DNA of 64,000 bases from assembly GCA_020630615.1 (NCBI GenBank), contig JAHDBA010000011.1, positions 2,321-66,320 on the forward strand, given 5' to 3'. Origin of the DNA: Myxococcota bacterium (GTDB lineage Bacteria; Myxococcota; UBA727; JAHDBA01). The position numbers and the translations under genes were made by a program. Under the pieces are notes generated by a model. That model was not told the origin of the DNA. It searched no databases and was given only the letters and a program-made list of their open reading frames with translations. This document shows positions 28,629 through 39,056 of this stretch, piece by piece. Positions within the stretch are counted from its first letter, which is position 1; the number at the start of each line of letters is the position of its first letter.

Positions 28629-30134
28629 ATGGTTCTGTTAAAGAAAACTCAGTCGTTTGTAAAGGGCGGATTTATGCTTCGATGGATTCTAACAGTACTT
28701 TGTATCACTTTCATGTTTGGATGTGATGGCATGACAAAGGGGTGTGCGGCACCCGATTCGATTGCCAGTCGCAGGGCGGACTCAAGTCATGTCTATAAAG
28801 TTGTTGGGCTCGAGCAAAACGCTCAGCCCGCGCCGGGTAACGACCAGGTCTATGGCACCGGATGGTACCCGAATATCGAGGTGGATGACACGGGTGGCAT
28901 TCATCTTGCGTGGACCAATGCTGAGTATGGCGATGTCATGTATGCGCGATGGGACCCAGAGGCACACCGTACGCGCGATGTGCAGGTTGTCGAACGTGAG
29001 GGCGCTGCGGGTTCGTTCTTGAAGCTTGCCCTCGGCCCGAAGGGCGAACCGATCTTAGCTTATTACAACCAAACAACCCACCAACTTCGTCTTGCGCACC
29101 GACCAAAAGATTGGCGCACAAAAGCGCTTGAATCCAAGTTGGACAAAGTGGAAAACGAAAGTGTGGATTTTGAGATTCAGCAACGAGGCAATGCTCAGAA
29201 GAAAGAAACCCGACAGTTATCAAAAAAGTCATCCAATACGTCGAAAGTGAAAAAGGCAAAGGGGAAACCTTCAGGCACGAATGCCGTCGAATCTTTTCTT
29301 GAAGCACAAAAGAACGCGAGGGAGGTAAAGTCGGATCATGAGCCACCAATGGGTGAAGGATGGCTTGGTGAAAATGTGGCCTATGGAGAATTTGTCGGCA
29401 TAGGAACCTCGTTGGTCATCGACTCGGAGGGCAGCCCTCATATTCTTTTTTATCACCCGGACGCTAAACATGGCGATCGTCTTCGTTACGCACGTCGACA
29501 CAGAAATATGGAAGGCTTCTCAGAAGAACACCTCGGGAGATTTAAGGTCTTAACGCTGGATGAGGACCTTGGTGCATCGCACAAAATACAAACCGGCTTT
29601 TGGGTTGGCAGTGATGAGGTGATCGCAAGCTACGCGGCGTGGCAAGGCATTAACATTGAGCTGCGTCTTGCGATTGTGGATCTCAAGAGTGATAGCGTTC
29701 AAGTTATTGAACCCAAGCGTAAGAAAGAAGTGGATGGTTACACGAGCACTCTATCGGTGCACGATAACACGATTGACGTGTACTCTGTGGTCAGTGGCGC
29801 GAGCGCACTCGCACACTTTCAGTTGAATAGAGAAAACCCCGTTATCCCAATGGAGCGTAAGACGCTGCTGTCGAGGCCAGGGCCCACCTCGATCACGCGA
29901 CTTGCGAAGGGTGAAACCTTCATCTTAACTTGGGGGCATGGCGACACTCGAAACGAAGGGCCAGGACTTTGGCTTCTTAAAAGTACCTCTTACAATGCTC
30001 CTCTAGAGAAAGTTGTTTTGGATGAAGGTAAACTCGAGGAGCCCTGGCTTGATACGGCATCCCGCGATGGTGTGTTATGGGCCGTCTGGACTTCGCCGGA
30101 TATGCACTCAATGAAGCTCTATCGGCACAAGTAA
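28629..30134 (+). CDS. Secreted (possibly lipo-) protein with beta-propeller-like repeats.
   Basis: Signal peptide MLRWILTVLCITFMFGCDG. Repeats are GIHLAWTNAEYGDVMYARW, GEPILAYYNQTTHQLRLAHR, GSPHILFYHPDAKHGDRLRYARR and VLWAVWTSPDMHSMKLYRH. These resemble the repeat in the 6500..8557 protein. Confidence 0.55.
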   Translation: MVLLKKTQSFVKGGFMLRWILTVLCITFMFGCDGMTKGCAAPDSIASRRADSSHVYKVVGLEQNAQPAPGNDQVYGTGWYPNIEVDDTGGIHLAWTNAEYGDVMYARWDPEAHRTRDVQVVEREGAAGSFLKLALGPKGEPILAYYNQTTHQLRLAHRPKDWRTKALESKLDKVENESVDFEIQQRGNAQKKETRQLSKKSSNTSKVKKAKGKPSGTNAVESFLEAQKNAREVKSDHEPPMGEGWLGENVAYGEFVGIGTSLVIDSEGSPHILFYHPDAKHGDRLRYARRHRNMEGFSEEHLGRFKVLTLDEDLGASHKIQTGFWVGSDEVIASYAAWQGINIELRLAIVDLKSDSVQVIEPKRKKEVDGYTSTLSVHDNTIDVYSVVSGASALAHFQLNRENPVIPMERKTLLSRPGPTSITRLAKGETFILTWGHGDTRNEGPGLWLLKSTSYNAPLEKVVLDEGKLEEPWLDTASRDGVLWAVWTSPDMHSMKLYRHK

Positions 30135-30316
30135 CAAGCGCCTTGTAGAATATATAAAAGACCCAGGCACATTGGATTGTCGGTGGGGTGAAGTAGTCTC
30201 TTGTAGGGTCCCCCCAGCTTCGTGTTTCAAGATGATGCATTCGCGGGGCAATTTAGGTTTCAAAGCACAATCCCCGTACAATAGAAGAGTGGCAAGAGTT
30301 ATATGGGGAGAATGTT

Positions 30317-31144
30317 ATGAAAATTCCTTCTGGGCAACTGGGACTCGCGGGGGCGATATGCGCGCTCGGAGCATGGCTTGCCAATGCTGACGATACTTCT
30401 CGAATTGAGCATGAGGCTGAAAGACTTCTCTTGGAACTACAAAGCTCTTCACTCGAATCGATTGGAAGCCAGCTGGTGAGCGATATCGCCGGCGGATCCG
30501 CACAAGTTTCATCGAGAGGAGTGGATGCTGTACGTGAGGCTCAGTTGAATAAAGAGCGTACCGTCAAAGAGCGCTCAAAGGAGTTGGATGCTGCCTGGGC
30601 CTTTGGTGAAGCGACCTATCATCATGAACTGACCAGCGAAGAGTCTTTAATCCCTGAGGGCAATGCCAGGGTCGCAGAAATTCGCGAGATGCTACGTGAG
30701 GCCTCGCAGCACAATATTGCGTCCAAACAGCAGCAGGACAATATTAAAGCGAACTGCATTGGCGAGCGCATTCTAACACTGAAGGGTGTTGCAAGAGTTG
30801 CGACTGAGGCTTTACGTCATCTCGAGAAGGCTGTCGACGCAAACGCATTCGATAGCGGTGCGAGGCGATACAGTGAAATTGTTTACGCGCATAAGCGCGC
30901 ACAAGATGGGCTGCGTGATGTCAAACATTGTGTCGGGATCGAGCTCGAGGACGATGTGGAGAAAGGGACGGATGTTGCAGTTGATGTCGAGGGGCACCAA
31001 GGCTCGATGGACTATTATGAAGCGGATGCTCGTGGAAGTGGCGACTTTGGAAGCCGCTTTGTGGATACTCAAAATGGAAATGTTGGCGGTGGCGAAGGTG
31101 CTGATGAGCTGAGTCGGCCGCAGCCCGCGTCGCGCAGTCTTTAA
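30317..31144 (+). CDS. Hypothetical secreted acidic coiled-coil protein.
   Basis: Signal peptide MKIPSGQLGLAGAICALGAWLANA, followed by charged, helical sequence. Confidence 0.45.
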   Translation: MKIPSGQLGLAGAICALGAWLANADDTSRIEHEAERLLLELQSSSLESIGSQLVSDIAGGSAQVSSRGVDAVREAQLNKERTVKERSKELDAAWAFGEATYHHELTSEESLIPEGNARVAEIREMLREASQHNIASKQQQDNIKANCIGERILTLKGVARVATEALRHLEKAVDANAFDSGARRYSEIVYAHKRAQDGLRDVKHCVGIELEDDVEKGTDVAVDVEGHQGSMDYYEADARGSGDFGSRFVDTQNGNVGGGEGADELSRPQPASRSL

Positions 31145-31219
31145 AAAAGAGAAGCGAACAAAACCCAAATTTAAAACGTAATGCTTTAGCCGGATGCCCT
31201 TCGATGGTAGCTTGAAGCA

Positions 31220-32593
31220 ATGACGACTCAATACGACTATATTGTAATTGGTGGCGGGTCTGCGGGTGTTCGTTCTGCGCGGATCGCTTCGGCCTTGGGC
31301 GCACGAACACTCGTAGTGGAAGAAAGTCGGCTTGGCGGGACGTGCGTCAATGTAGGGTGTGTTCCCAAAAAGTTGTATGCTATTGCAAGCCACTTTTCGA
31401 CTCGAATGCGCGAAGCAGAATCTTTTGGGTGGACCGATGTTGGTGCACGACACGATTGGACCTTCATGCGTGAACGTGTCGCTCGTGAAATTCGCCGCCT
31501 CAATGCCGCTTACACGCGAACCCTTGAGAATGCTTCGGTTGAGATTGTTCGTGGCCGTGCGTCTTTTCTTTCGCCCGGTACTCTTTGTGTTGGTGACCGG
31601 CAATTCAGCGCAGAACATATTCTTATTGCAACAGGGGCTAGAGCGCGTCCGGTAGACTTTAAAGGGTCTGAATACGCGCGCGACTCCGATGCGTTCTTTA
31701 GTTTAGACGAACGACCCGACCGAGCAGTAATTCTTGGAGCAGGGTACATTGGAGTTGAGTTTGCATCGATCCTTCGGAACTTTGGATGTGAGGTTCATGT
31801 AGTGAACCGTAGCCAGGGGATTCTCTCGGGTTTCGATCGTGAATGCGCCTCTGCTCTGGAAAAATCTATGAAGGGACGGGGTGTACATTTTCATTTCGAA
31901 GCCCAAATCCAAGAGATTGTCAAAGATGCAGGTCGTTATCATGCGGTGCTCGGCAATCAGCAAAGTATTGCAGCCGATGTGGTGTTTGCGACATTGGGGC
32001 GCGTACCCAATACCGAGGGATTGGACCTTGCAAAAGCAGGAGTTCGCGTGGGTGAGCGAGGCGAGATTGTCGTGAGCGCAGAAGGCAAGACGAATGTCGA
32101 GGGCATTTATGCGCTTGGAGATGTTATCGGTGGTCCGCAGCTCACGCCGGTCGCATTAAATCAAGGTATGACTCTTGCGCGTAGGCTTTTTGGTGGCGGC
32201 CAGGTTTGGCCAGAGCCTGACTTTCAGAACGTTGCGACCGCGGTCTTCTCAGACCCTCAGCTTGGCGCACTTGGCATGACGGAGGACGAGTGTCTGGATA
32301 GCGGCATCGAAGTGGACGTTTTTCAGTCTTCGTTCAGGCCGATGGACACCGTACTCAATCCGGAAGGCGAGCGATGTCTACTGAAAATGCTTGTTAATGT
32401 CGAAACGAATGAGGTGATGGGGTTACACATGGTTGGCAATGGCGCAGGTGAAATGCTGCAGGGAATGGCTGCGGCACTCTCAGCGGGCGCACGCAAGAAG
32501 GACTTGGATCGAGTGATTGGCATTCACCCAACGGTAGCTGAAGAGTGGGTTACCATGCGCACGCCTTCAAGACGACTCAACTCAACAACATAA
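31220..32593 (+). CDS. gor: Glutathione-disulfide reductase (FAD/NAD(P) pyridine nucleotide-disulfide oxidoreductase).
   Basis: YDYIVIGGGSAGV FAD motif. Redox-active disulfide GGTCVNVGCVPKK. C-terminal dimerisation and His motif IGIHPTVAEE. Confidence 0.8.
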   Translation: MTTQYDYIVIGGGSAGVRSARIASALGARTLVVEESRLGGTCVNVGCVPKKLYAIASHFSTRMREAESFGWTDVGARHDWTFMRERVAREIRRLNAAYTRTLENASVEIVRGRASFLSPGTLCVGDRQFSAEHILIATGARARPVDFKGSEYARDSDAFFSLDERPDRAVILGAGYIGVEFASILRNFGCEVHVVNRSQGILSGFDRECASALEKSMKGRGVHFHFEAQIQEIVKDAGRYHAVLGNQQSIAADVVFATLGRVPNTEGLDLAKAGVRVGERGEIVVSAEGKTNVEGIYALGDVIGGPQLTPVALNQGMTLARRLFGGGQVWPEPDFQNVATAVFSDPQLGALGMTEDECLDSGIEVDVFQSSFRPMDTVLNPEGERCLLKMLVNVETNEVMGLHMVGNGAGEMLQGMAAALSAGARKKDLDRVIGIHPTVAEEWVTMRTPSRRLNSTT

Positions 32594-32830
32594 GACACGG
32601 ATGTTTTATGGCTGGTGCCAAAGATAGGATGGATAATGCGCAAGCGGAATGTGCCAGGCCGGGTAATGCCCACGATGGCGAATCACGTCTCTACGCTCCA
32701 ACCCGTACGTGGACGGCCGATGATTTGCGGGGCCGCTATCGTTATCGGGGATTCCTCGAGCGAACGATGCTGCGCTTTGAACTCAAGATTGTCGACGACT
32801 CTTGAGTGCTTGTGCTAGTGAAGAGCATGA

Positions 32831-33532
32831 GTGAGGGTTCGAATGACGCCAACGATACTTATTGCAGATGATGATCCAGAGATTCGCGCGGTTATTCAAT
32901 ATGCGTTTAGACGAGAAGGCTGGGAGATGCTGCTTGCGTCAGACGGTGAAGAAGCGTTGGGACTCTACGCAGAAGAGTCGCCCGATGTTTTGGTGTTGGA
33001 TATTAATATGCCCAAAGTTGATGGTCTCGAGGTGTGTCGGAATGTTCGCTCGCGTTCAGAGACCCCTGTGCTTTTTGTTTCTTCGCGCGATGAGGAACTT
33101 GATAAAATTCTGGGACTGGAACTTGGTGGTGATGATTACATTACAAAGCCCTTTAGTCCGCGTGAACTTGTCGCTCGCGTGAAGGCCATATTGCGGCGTA
33201 TTGCACATAAGCCCCAGGGAGCACTTGAGCTCCATCGGATTGATGTCGGTCTCTTGGTGCTCGACTTGGATACCTTTGAGGTACAATGGGATGGCAACGA
33301 TGTGACTCTCACCGTGACGGAGTTCGGACTCTTAAAGCTTTTCGCTGAAAACAATCTCAAGGTCGTGACCCGAGAGGATATTCAAAATCATGTTTACGAT
33401 GGTCTGCAGGTGAGCAGCCGTACGGTTGACAGTCACATTCGACGTTTGCGCCAAAAGCTCAATCGAGCGGGGGCGGAAAATATTCTCGAAACGCTTCACG
33501 CAAAGGGTTTTCGTTTGCGGGTAGGCGCATAG
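32831..33532 (+). CDS. creB: OmpR-family response regulator (CreB-like).
   Basis: Receiver ILIADDDPEIR...VLVLDINMPKVDGLEV and a winged-helix C-terminal domain. It sits first in a response regulator, histidine kinase, CreD module. Likely start is the ATG at 32843 (MTPTIL). Confidence 0.8.
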   Translation: MRVRMTPTILIADDDPEIRAVIQYAFRREGWEMLLASDGEEALGLYAEESPDVLVLDINMPKVDGLEVCRNVRSRSETPVLFVSSRDEELDKILGLELGGDDYITKPFSPRELVARVKAILRRIAHKPQGALELHRIDVGLLVLDLDTFEVQWDGNDVTLTVTEFGLLKLFAENNLKVVTREDIQNHVYDGLQVSSRTVDSHIRRLRQKLNRAGAENILETLHAKGFRLRVGA

Positions 33533-33534
33533 CG

Positions 33535-35130
33535 ATGAACAAGGCTCTTCGGCGCAGCAGTCGCGTTCATCAATGGCCAAAGGTTCGAACACTGGTTGTC
33601 GTAATCGCGGTGCTTGCTTTGAGTGCACCCTGGGGGGTACTCACTTTCTTTCGCGTGTTTGACACGACAGTGATGCGGCAAACCGAACGCGAACTCTTAG
33701 CCCAAAGTGCAATGCTTGTTGCGGCGTATCAAAACGAGTACGTGCGTATTCATCCCTCAAACGAAAGCGCTATTGAAGAATGGAGAGCACGCAGCTTCAG
33801 CGATACCCGTATTGACCCGGCAGTGGTCAACCTGGATGTTTTTGCGCATGACACACTTCCGCCGCGCCCCTATGTCACCAAGATGATGAATGCGCATACT
33901 GAGGCGATGTCTATTGGAGAGTCCTTAACTCCGGTTGTGCGTGAGGCGCGAGCGTTAACACTCGCGAGTCTGAAAATCCTTGACAGTCGAGGTGTACAGG
34001 TTGCGGGCTCTCCAAGTGAGGCTGGTAAGTATTTTGGTCAAATTGAGGAAGTGCGCTTAGCGCTTCAGGGCACTTTGAGTGCTCGTTTGAGAAAGCGTGT
34101 GTCAGACGAGCCCATTCCCAAGCTAAGCTCACTGAGTAGAGGAGCCCAAGTGCGACTCTTTATTGCGATGCCGATCCCTCACCCCTTTAAAGAAGAAGTT
34201 TTGGGTGTCGTTTATTCGAGCCGTACGCCGAAAAGGGTCGTTGAAGTCTTGTATGACTTTCGCACACAACTGGGACTCGCATTGGGCCTTCTGATGCTCG
34301 GTGGAGTTCTGGTTCTTTTGCTCCTTTATCTTTTTCTGACATATCCGATGCAATCTCTGGCCAAGCGCCTCGAGAGCTATGAGTCGAACCCGATGCAGTT
34401 GCCGACTTCGCAACGATTTCTAGGGACAGAAGAACTCGCAATGATCGAGAGCTCGTTTCAAAATCTTGCAATGCAATTGACGGGGCGCCTCGACAATCTT
34501 GAACGCTTCGCGGGTCACGTCTCGCACGAGTTCAAGACACCTTTGACGAGCATGCGCGGCGCATTGGAATATCTTGACGATGGGGACCTCTCTGCGGAAG
34601 AGGAGAGTCAGTTCCTCGCAACCCTATCAAAAGGTGTCTCACGCCTTGAACGACTGGTGCATCGTTTTCTTGAGCTTGCTCGCGCCGATTCCGTGCGCCA
34701 TCATAAGGGTGTCTGTGACGTGGTTGAGGTTGCACGCGATGTGGGGCATGAGCTTGGGCTTCCGATTGAGTTGGAGTCACCGAAGAGGGCCTACCGGGTT
34801 GCGATTGCACGTGAAGACCTGCGAACAGTTTTCAAAAATCTTTTCTCGAACAGCTCAGAGCATGGTGCATCGAAGGTGACACTGATTTTCAGTCAGGACG
34901 CCGGTCGCTTCGTTGTGAAGTGTTGTGACAATGGGAATGGTTTTCACTCCGGAGATATCCAAAAGCTCTTTACTCCCTTCTTTACAGGGCGTCGAGAGAA
35001 AGGTGGGACAGGACTTGGCCTGCCCATAGTAAAGAGCTTGCTTGAGCGCTCGGGTGCATCGATTCAGGCTGTCGAGAGTGAACATGGAGCTTGTTTTGAG
35101 CTCGAGATTGTAGCGGCCCGTCTTGAATGA
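33535..35130 (+). CDS. creC: Sensor histidine kinase (CreC-like).
   Basis: Two TM segments. H-box HVSHEFKTPLTSMRG. G2 box GGTGLGLPIVKSL. Starts 3 nt after the response regulator stop. Confidence 0.8.
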   Translation: MNKALRRSSRVHQWPKVRTLVVVIAVLALSAPWGVLTFFRVFDTTVMRQTERELLAQSAMLVAAYQNEYVRIHPSNESAIEEWRARSFSDTRIDPAVVNLDVFAHDTLPPRPYVTKMMNAHTEAMSIGESLTPVVREARALTLASLKILDSRGVQVAGSPSEAGKYFGQIEEVRLALQGTLSARLRKRVSDEPIPKLSSLSRGAQVRLFIAMPIPHPFKEEVLGVVYSSRTPKRVVEVLYDFRTQLGLALGLLMLGGVLVLLLLYLFLTYPMQSLAKRLESYESNPMQLPTSQRFLGTEELAMIESSFQNLAMQLTGRLDNLERFAGHVSHEFKTPLTSMRGALEYLDDGDLSAEEESQFLATLSKGVSRLERLVHRFLELARADSVRHHKGVCDVVEVARDVGHELGLPIELESPKRAYRVAIAREDLRTVFKNLFSNSSEHGASKVTLIFSQDAGRFVVKCCDNGNGFHSGDIQKLFTPFFTGRREKGGTGLGLPIVKSLLERSGASIQAVESEHGACFELEIVAARLE

Positions 35131-35287
35131 CACTAGAGTGAACCTTCAGTGCGCTAGCTTTGTGGACCAATTCGTGCTGCGACCTTCTACAATGGTGCAA
35201 TTTGTGTGCAAACTTTACGCACTTTTTGCGCACCAAGAACATCTTTGAGAACTTCAGAGCATACTGAACTCTGCAAAGGAGTTTTTT

Positions 35288-36706
35288 ATGCAAACAACAA
35301 AGAGAAAGAAACGGAATTTAGGTTTTCGGAAGTCGATTATTGTCACAAAGGTGCTGCCACTTAGTGTTTTGGCTGTCATGTGTTGGGTTGCAACCTGCAG
35401 TGTCGGTGGAGTGGTCAGCGATCGAAGTGAACAAGCCACCTATGCTGAGCAACGAATTAAAGAGAGTTGGGCACCGGTTCTCAACGGAATGAATCCAGTA
35501 CTGGTGCTTGGGGAACGAAGAACGAGAGAAATTGAGAAAACGCTCAAAAATGAAAAAGGTAAATTTTACACGGAACGTCAAGAGGAAGTTTATGTGGTCG
35601 ACTCTACGCTGCTGAGCCATGTGGCCGATACACAAATCATCATTGACGTTGAAAAACGGCAACTTGGACTCTTTTTACAACCTGTGTACACAGCGCAAAT
35701 CAATGTGACGGGTGAGATTGAAATGCCGGACATCGAGGGCGAGCTCTACAAGCTCAAGTTACATTTACCATTAAGCAGTATTGAAGGGCTGCAAATCGCT
35801 AATGTTGCGGTGAACAATAATAGCATGTCAGTTGCAACCGATGCAGTTGGACTCGTGAGCGATATTACTTTTGAAGAGGCCCGGCACAAGACAATAGAGT
35901 ACGCAATCTCATTGGTAGTTCGAGGTTCAGAAAGGATTGCTTGGGACCCCATTGGCAAAGAAGGTCAACTTGAGATCTCAGGAAATTGGCCGCATCCAAG
36001 CTTTGCAGGACAAGGCTTGCCGAGTAGTAGAAAAGTGACATCGGAGTTGTTCTCTGCGTCCTGGCAATCATCGATTCTGTCGACAACGCTACAAATGAAG
36101 AGTGAAATGTCGGTTGCTACATTATTATCGTCGAGTCGCATGTTTGGAGTTGGCTTGCAGAATGGTGTCGATGTCTACACAAAGTTTTATCGAGTTGTTG
36201 AATATGGGATTCTTTTGATTCTCGTACTCTTTTGTACGCTCTTTGGTTTTGAGGTTGTGATGAAAGAGCGTCTGCACTTAATGAACTATCTTCTTATGGG
36301 AGTGAGTCTGGTTGTGTTCTTGCTTCTGGTCGTATCGTGTTCTGAACATGTTGGGTTTACGACAGCTTATGGTGGTGCTGCCTTTGCGCTTTGCGCATTG
36401 AACGGCTTCTATGCTTCTGGGTTTATCGAGCAGAGGCGTAACCGCTTTGGCTTGATCGTGGCGCTCGGAGGGTCGATGGCTGCGATCTTTGGTGTCGTGA
36501 ACTCAGAAGATCACGCACTCTTAAGTGGTTCGCTCTTGCTCTTTGCGCTCTTGTCTGTGGTCATGATTGCGACACGTAAACTCAAGTGGGATGAGCTGGC
36601 TATAGCTGGGGTGAGCGATGAAGCGCACAATGGTTTGGTGACTTCAGTCGCAATGCCGGGTCTGGCACTCGATGCATCGAAGACGCGTCTTGAAGAAAGC
36701 CCGTAA
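35288..36706 (+). CDS. creD: Inner-membrane protein CreD (cell envelope integrity protein CreD family).
   Basis: N-terminal TM segment. Conserved SGNWPHPSFAGQGLP block (E. coli CreD has SNWPHPSFLGDFLP). C-terminal segment LHLMNYLLMGVSLVVFLLLVVSCSEHVGFTTAY matches CreD HPMQYLLVGLSLVMFYLLLLALSEHIGFTVAW, recalled from memory. Confidence 0.75.
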   Translation: MQTTKRKKRNLGFRKSIIVTKVLPLSVLAVMCWVATCSVGGVVSDRSEQATYAEQRIKESWAPVLNGMNPVLVLGERRTREIEKTLKNEKGKFYTERQEEVYVVDSTLLSHVADTQIIIDVEKRQLGLFLQPVYTAQINVTGEIEMPDIEGELYKLKLHLPLSSIEGLQIANVAVNNNSMSVATDAVGLVSDITFEEARHKTIEYAISLVVRGSERIAWDPIGKEGQLEISGNWPHPSFAGQGLPSSRKVTSELFSASWQSSILSTTLQMKSEMSVATLLSSSRMFGVGLQNGVDVYTKFYRVVEYGILLILVLFCTLFGFEVVMKERLHLMNYLLMGVSLVVFLLLVVSCSEHVGFTTAYGGAAFALCALNGFYASGFIEQRRNRFGLIVALGGSMAAIFGVVNSEDHALLSGSLLLFALLSVVMIATRKLKWDELAIAGVSDEAHNGLVTSVAMPGLALDASKTRLEESP

Positions 36707-36779
36707 GTAGAAAACGATTAAACATTGAAACAATGCGGCCTTGATATGGGCCGTATTCTGCGTGGTTTCGGAATGAACG

Positions 36780-37406
36780 CTAGAGCTGAGGGGACTCGAA
36801 TGCTTCGCCGGTTAACACCCGTAATACATGCTTTAGAGACGGCGCCCGATGGACAAAGGTATCCTTGTGCTCAGTGATTATGGATGCAAGAACATGTGGG
36901 TTGTAACGCATCAGATTCGATGCGTAATACAAGCGTAAGACTTCTGCACAAAACGCGTTTGCTTCAGAATTGGGTGGCTCGCCGAGTACAGTGCCCAAGA
37001 GATTGTAGCTCGGCTTGGGGGATGAAAACTCATGGACTCGGACATGAAGGCGATCGGCTTCGAACCCTTTCAGTTGAAGCTGGAAGCACTCAAGGAGTAT
37101 GCTGGGCAGCACGCCTTTCTTTTTGATGTAGAGTGTTTCATCGTGGAAGCTTCCGCCCATTTGCATCGCGTCTTTTGTGGTGACGCCATGATGCACTTTC
37201 TCAATGAAGGGGACACCGTGCACCTTCACCAGAATACTTTTCGCAAGGTTCAAATAGACGAAGTAAGCGTTCAAATGCGCCAGCTCAAGCGGCATGGTCT
37301 TGAGCGAGCGAAGAATCAACTTTGCATGCGAAGAAAATCGTTCTGAAGCCTCTTCAGCTTTAGAAGCATTTTGGGTGGGAGTGTTGACGAAGGTCGTATT
37401 GTTCAT
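36780..37406 (-). CDS. Hypothetical protein (209 aa) downstream of mltG.
   Basis: Start placed at the ATG at 37404-37406 (MNNTTF). The longer track ORF, to 37721, would overlap 269 nt of mltG. No domain recognised. Confidence 0.4.
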   Translation of the reverse strand: MNNTTFVNTPTQNASKAEEASERFSSHAKLILRSLKTMPLELAHLNAYFVYLNLAKSILVKVHGVPFIEKVHHGVTTKDAMQMGGSFHDETLYIKKKGVLPSILLECFQLQLKGFEADRLHVRVHEFSSPKPSYNLLGTVLGEPPNSEANAFCAEVLRLYYASNLMRYNPHVLASIITEHKDTFVHRAPSLKHVLRVLTGEAFESPQL

Positions 37407-37452
37407 ATGCTGTCGGAACTTCCTGCGACCACGGACTTCGTTGAAACAATCT

Positions 37453-38514
37453 TTAGCGCTTCTTCCTAAAATATTCGACTTGCCACTTCTGAACTGCGGC
37501 CTCATGACATGCCAGTGTTGGACAAAAGACATGGGTGCCGTTGTTGCGACTGACGAAGAAGAGTGCATCGGTTTCCTCGGGGTAAAGCACTGCATGAATT
37601 GCATCGTAGCCGGGTGCAGCAATTGGCCCTGGGGGAAGGCCTTTAATGACGTAGGTGTTGTAAGGGTGCGGGTCGAGAATGTCTTTTTTTCGGATGTTGC
37701 CATCGTAGTTTTTGATGCCATATATAATCGAAGGGTCGGTTTGCATCTTCATCCCTTTCTTGATTCGGTTATGAAATACGCCTGAGATTTTCGGGCGTTC
37801 TTCGGGGGCCGCCGTCTCTTTTTCAACGATTGCCGCAAGGGTTAAGACCTTGTGAAGAGACCAGCGCATCTCTTTCATACGCGCCCGCATTTTGGGTGTT
37901 ACTTTCGCGTCAAGCTGTTTGCGCATCGCAACGAGGACTTGTTTGGGAGTAAAGCGTTTGGGGAACTTATACGTGTCGGGGTACAGATAGCCTTCAATCC
38001 CGCCGGGGATGCGCGCTTGGCCATTGGCACCGACTCTAGGAACCCCGAACTCTTTGCGTAAGGCACTGTCTTTTTCAAGTGTAGTGTAGTCGTCAAGAGA
38101 CCCGAACCCAGCCTGCACAAGGAGCCCATAGATTTCTTCCTTGCGCAGGCCCTCTGGGATGGTGACGCTACGCTCTTCGACTTCGGCATGTTGCAAGATG
38201 TCGAGTATTTGAGAATAGGACGCTTTGGCAGGTATGGTGAAGGAACCCGCTTCAATACCCTTAAGCTTGTCACTAAAAAAGCGTGCGAAAAGATAGAAGC
38301 GTCTTGAGCTCTCAATAACCCCTGCGTCTTCAAGCCTCTTCGCCACAAGCTTGCCCCCTGCACCTCGGGGTATCTCGACATGGGTTGCCATGGATTCACC
38401 GCCATGCGCCGGCCCCGCAAAAGTACCGTCTGAAGTTTTGAGGTAGGCAAAGGACGCGATGCCCGCCACACCAAGACAAAAGAGAAATCCACCAATGATA
38501 ACTTTTTTCAACAT
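37453..38514 (-). CDS. mltG: Endolytic murein transglycosylase MltG (YceG family).
   Basis: N-terminal TM MLKKVIIGGFLFCLGVAGIASFAY. YceG-like C-terminus ...FFVSRNNGTHVFCPTLACHEAAVQKWQVEYF. Confidence 0.85.
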   Translation of the reverse strand: MLKKVIIGGFLFCLGVAGIASFAYLKTSDGTFAGPAHGGESMATHVEIPRGAGGKLVAKRLEDAGVIESSRRFYLFARFFSDKLKGIEAGSFTIPAKASYSQILDILQHAEVEERSVTIPEGLRKEEIYGLLVQAGFGSLDDYTTLEKDSALRKEFGVPRVGANGQARIPGGIEGYLYPDTYKFPKRFTPKQVLVAMRKQLDAKVTPKMRARMKEMRWSLHKVLTLAAIVEKETAAPEERPKISGVFHNRIKKGMKMQTDPSIIYGIKNYDGNIRKKDILDPHPYNTYVIKGLPPGPIAAPGYDAIHAVLYPEETDALFFVSRNNGTHVFCPTLACHEAAVQKWQVEYFRKKR

Positions 38515-39020
38515 AATGTGTTCTCGCGCAATGACCCGCCTTCAGCTTGCCACAACCAATGGCCCTCGGTGAGAAAATCTTCAACAAGAATTGCGGCGGC
38601 AGCAGAGTCAAGTCGGTCTCGTGCGTGTCGCTTATTGCGAATTGCTTTGCCTTGCTGGGCAAGGCGCATCGATGCGCGCTTCGAAGATTGCGCCTCATCG
38701 ACCAGAAAAATAGTGCATTGAGAAGAAATTGTTTCAAAGGTTGATAGATATCGCGCAAACGATTTTGCACGGACTCCAATGACGCTCTCTTTTGACCCAT
38801 CCTTCTTTGGGAAGCCTAGAAGCAATGTCACAACGCTGTTCTCAACAACCAAAGCCTCAAGTCGCTTACGGTCATCGTCACGTTTGGAGGCAGAGTAGCT
38901 TGGCAGTGCGCGTACACTAATGCCAAGTGGGTCCGAGATGGCAAGGCCGCACCGTTTTAAGCCAAGGTCTATGGCGAGCACCGGACAAATCGTTTCAAGT
39001 TTTGTGTCGGATTTCATCAT
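38508..39020 (-). CDS. ruvX: Putative pre-16S rRNA nuclease / Holliday-junction-resolvase-like protein YqgF/RuvX.
   Basis: CPVLAIDLGLKRCGLAISD is the RNase H-like YqgF N-terminus. About 150-170 aa. Overlaps mltG start by 7 nt. Confidence 0.75.
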   Translation of the reverse strand: MMKSDTKLETICPVLAIDLGLKRCGLAISDPLGISVRALPSYSASKRDDDRKRLEALVVENSVVTLLLGFPKKDGSKESVIGVRAKSFARYLSTFETISSQCTIFLVDEAQSSKRASMRLAQQGKAIRNKRHARDRLDSAAAAILVEDFLTEGHWLWQAEGGSLRENTLC

Positions 39021-39056
39021 GGATAAGCGATCATGAGTGGTCTCTGATCATAGAAT

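Noticed and set aside
32545-32805. 86-aa ORF overlapping the gor 3' end and the gor/creB intergenic region.
   Set aside because: It overlaps a confident gene in another frame and has no motif.
36780-37721. 313-aa extended ORF downstream of mltG.
   Set aside because: It would overlap 269 nt of the well-supported mltG 3' end. The internal ATG at 37406 gives a non-overlapping gene.
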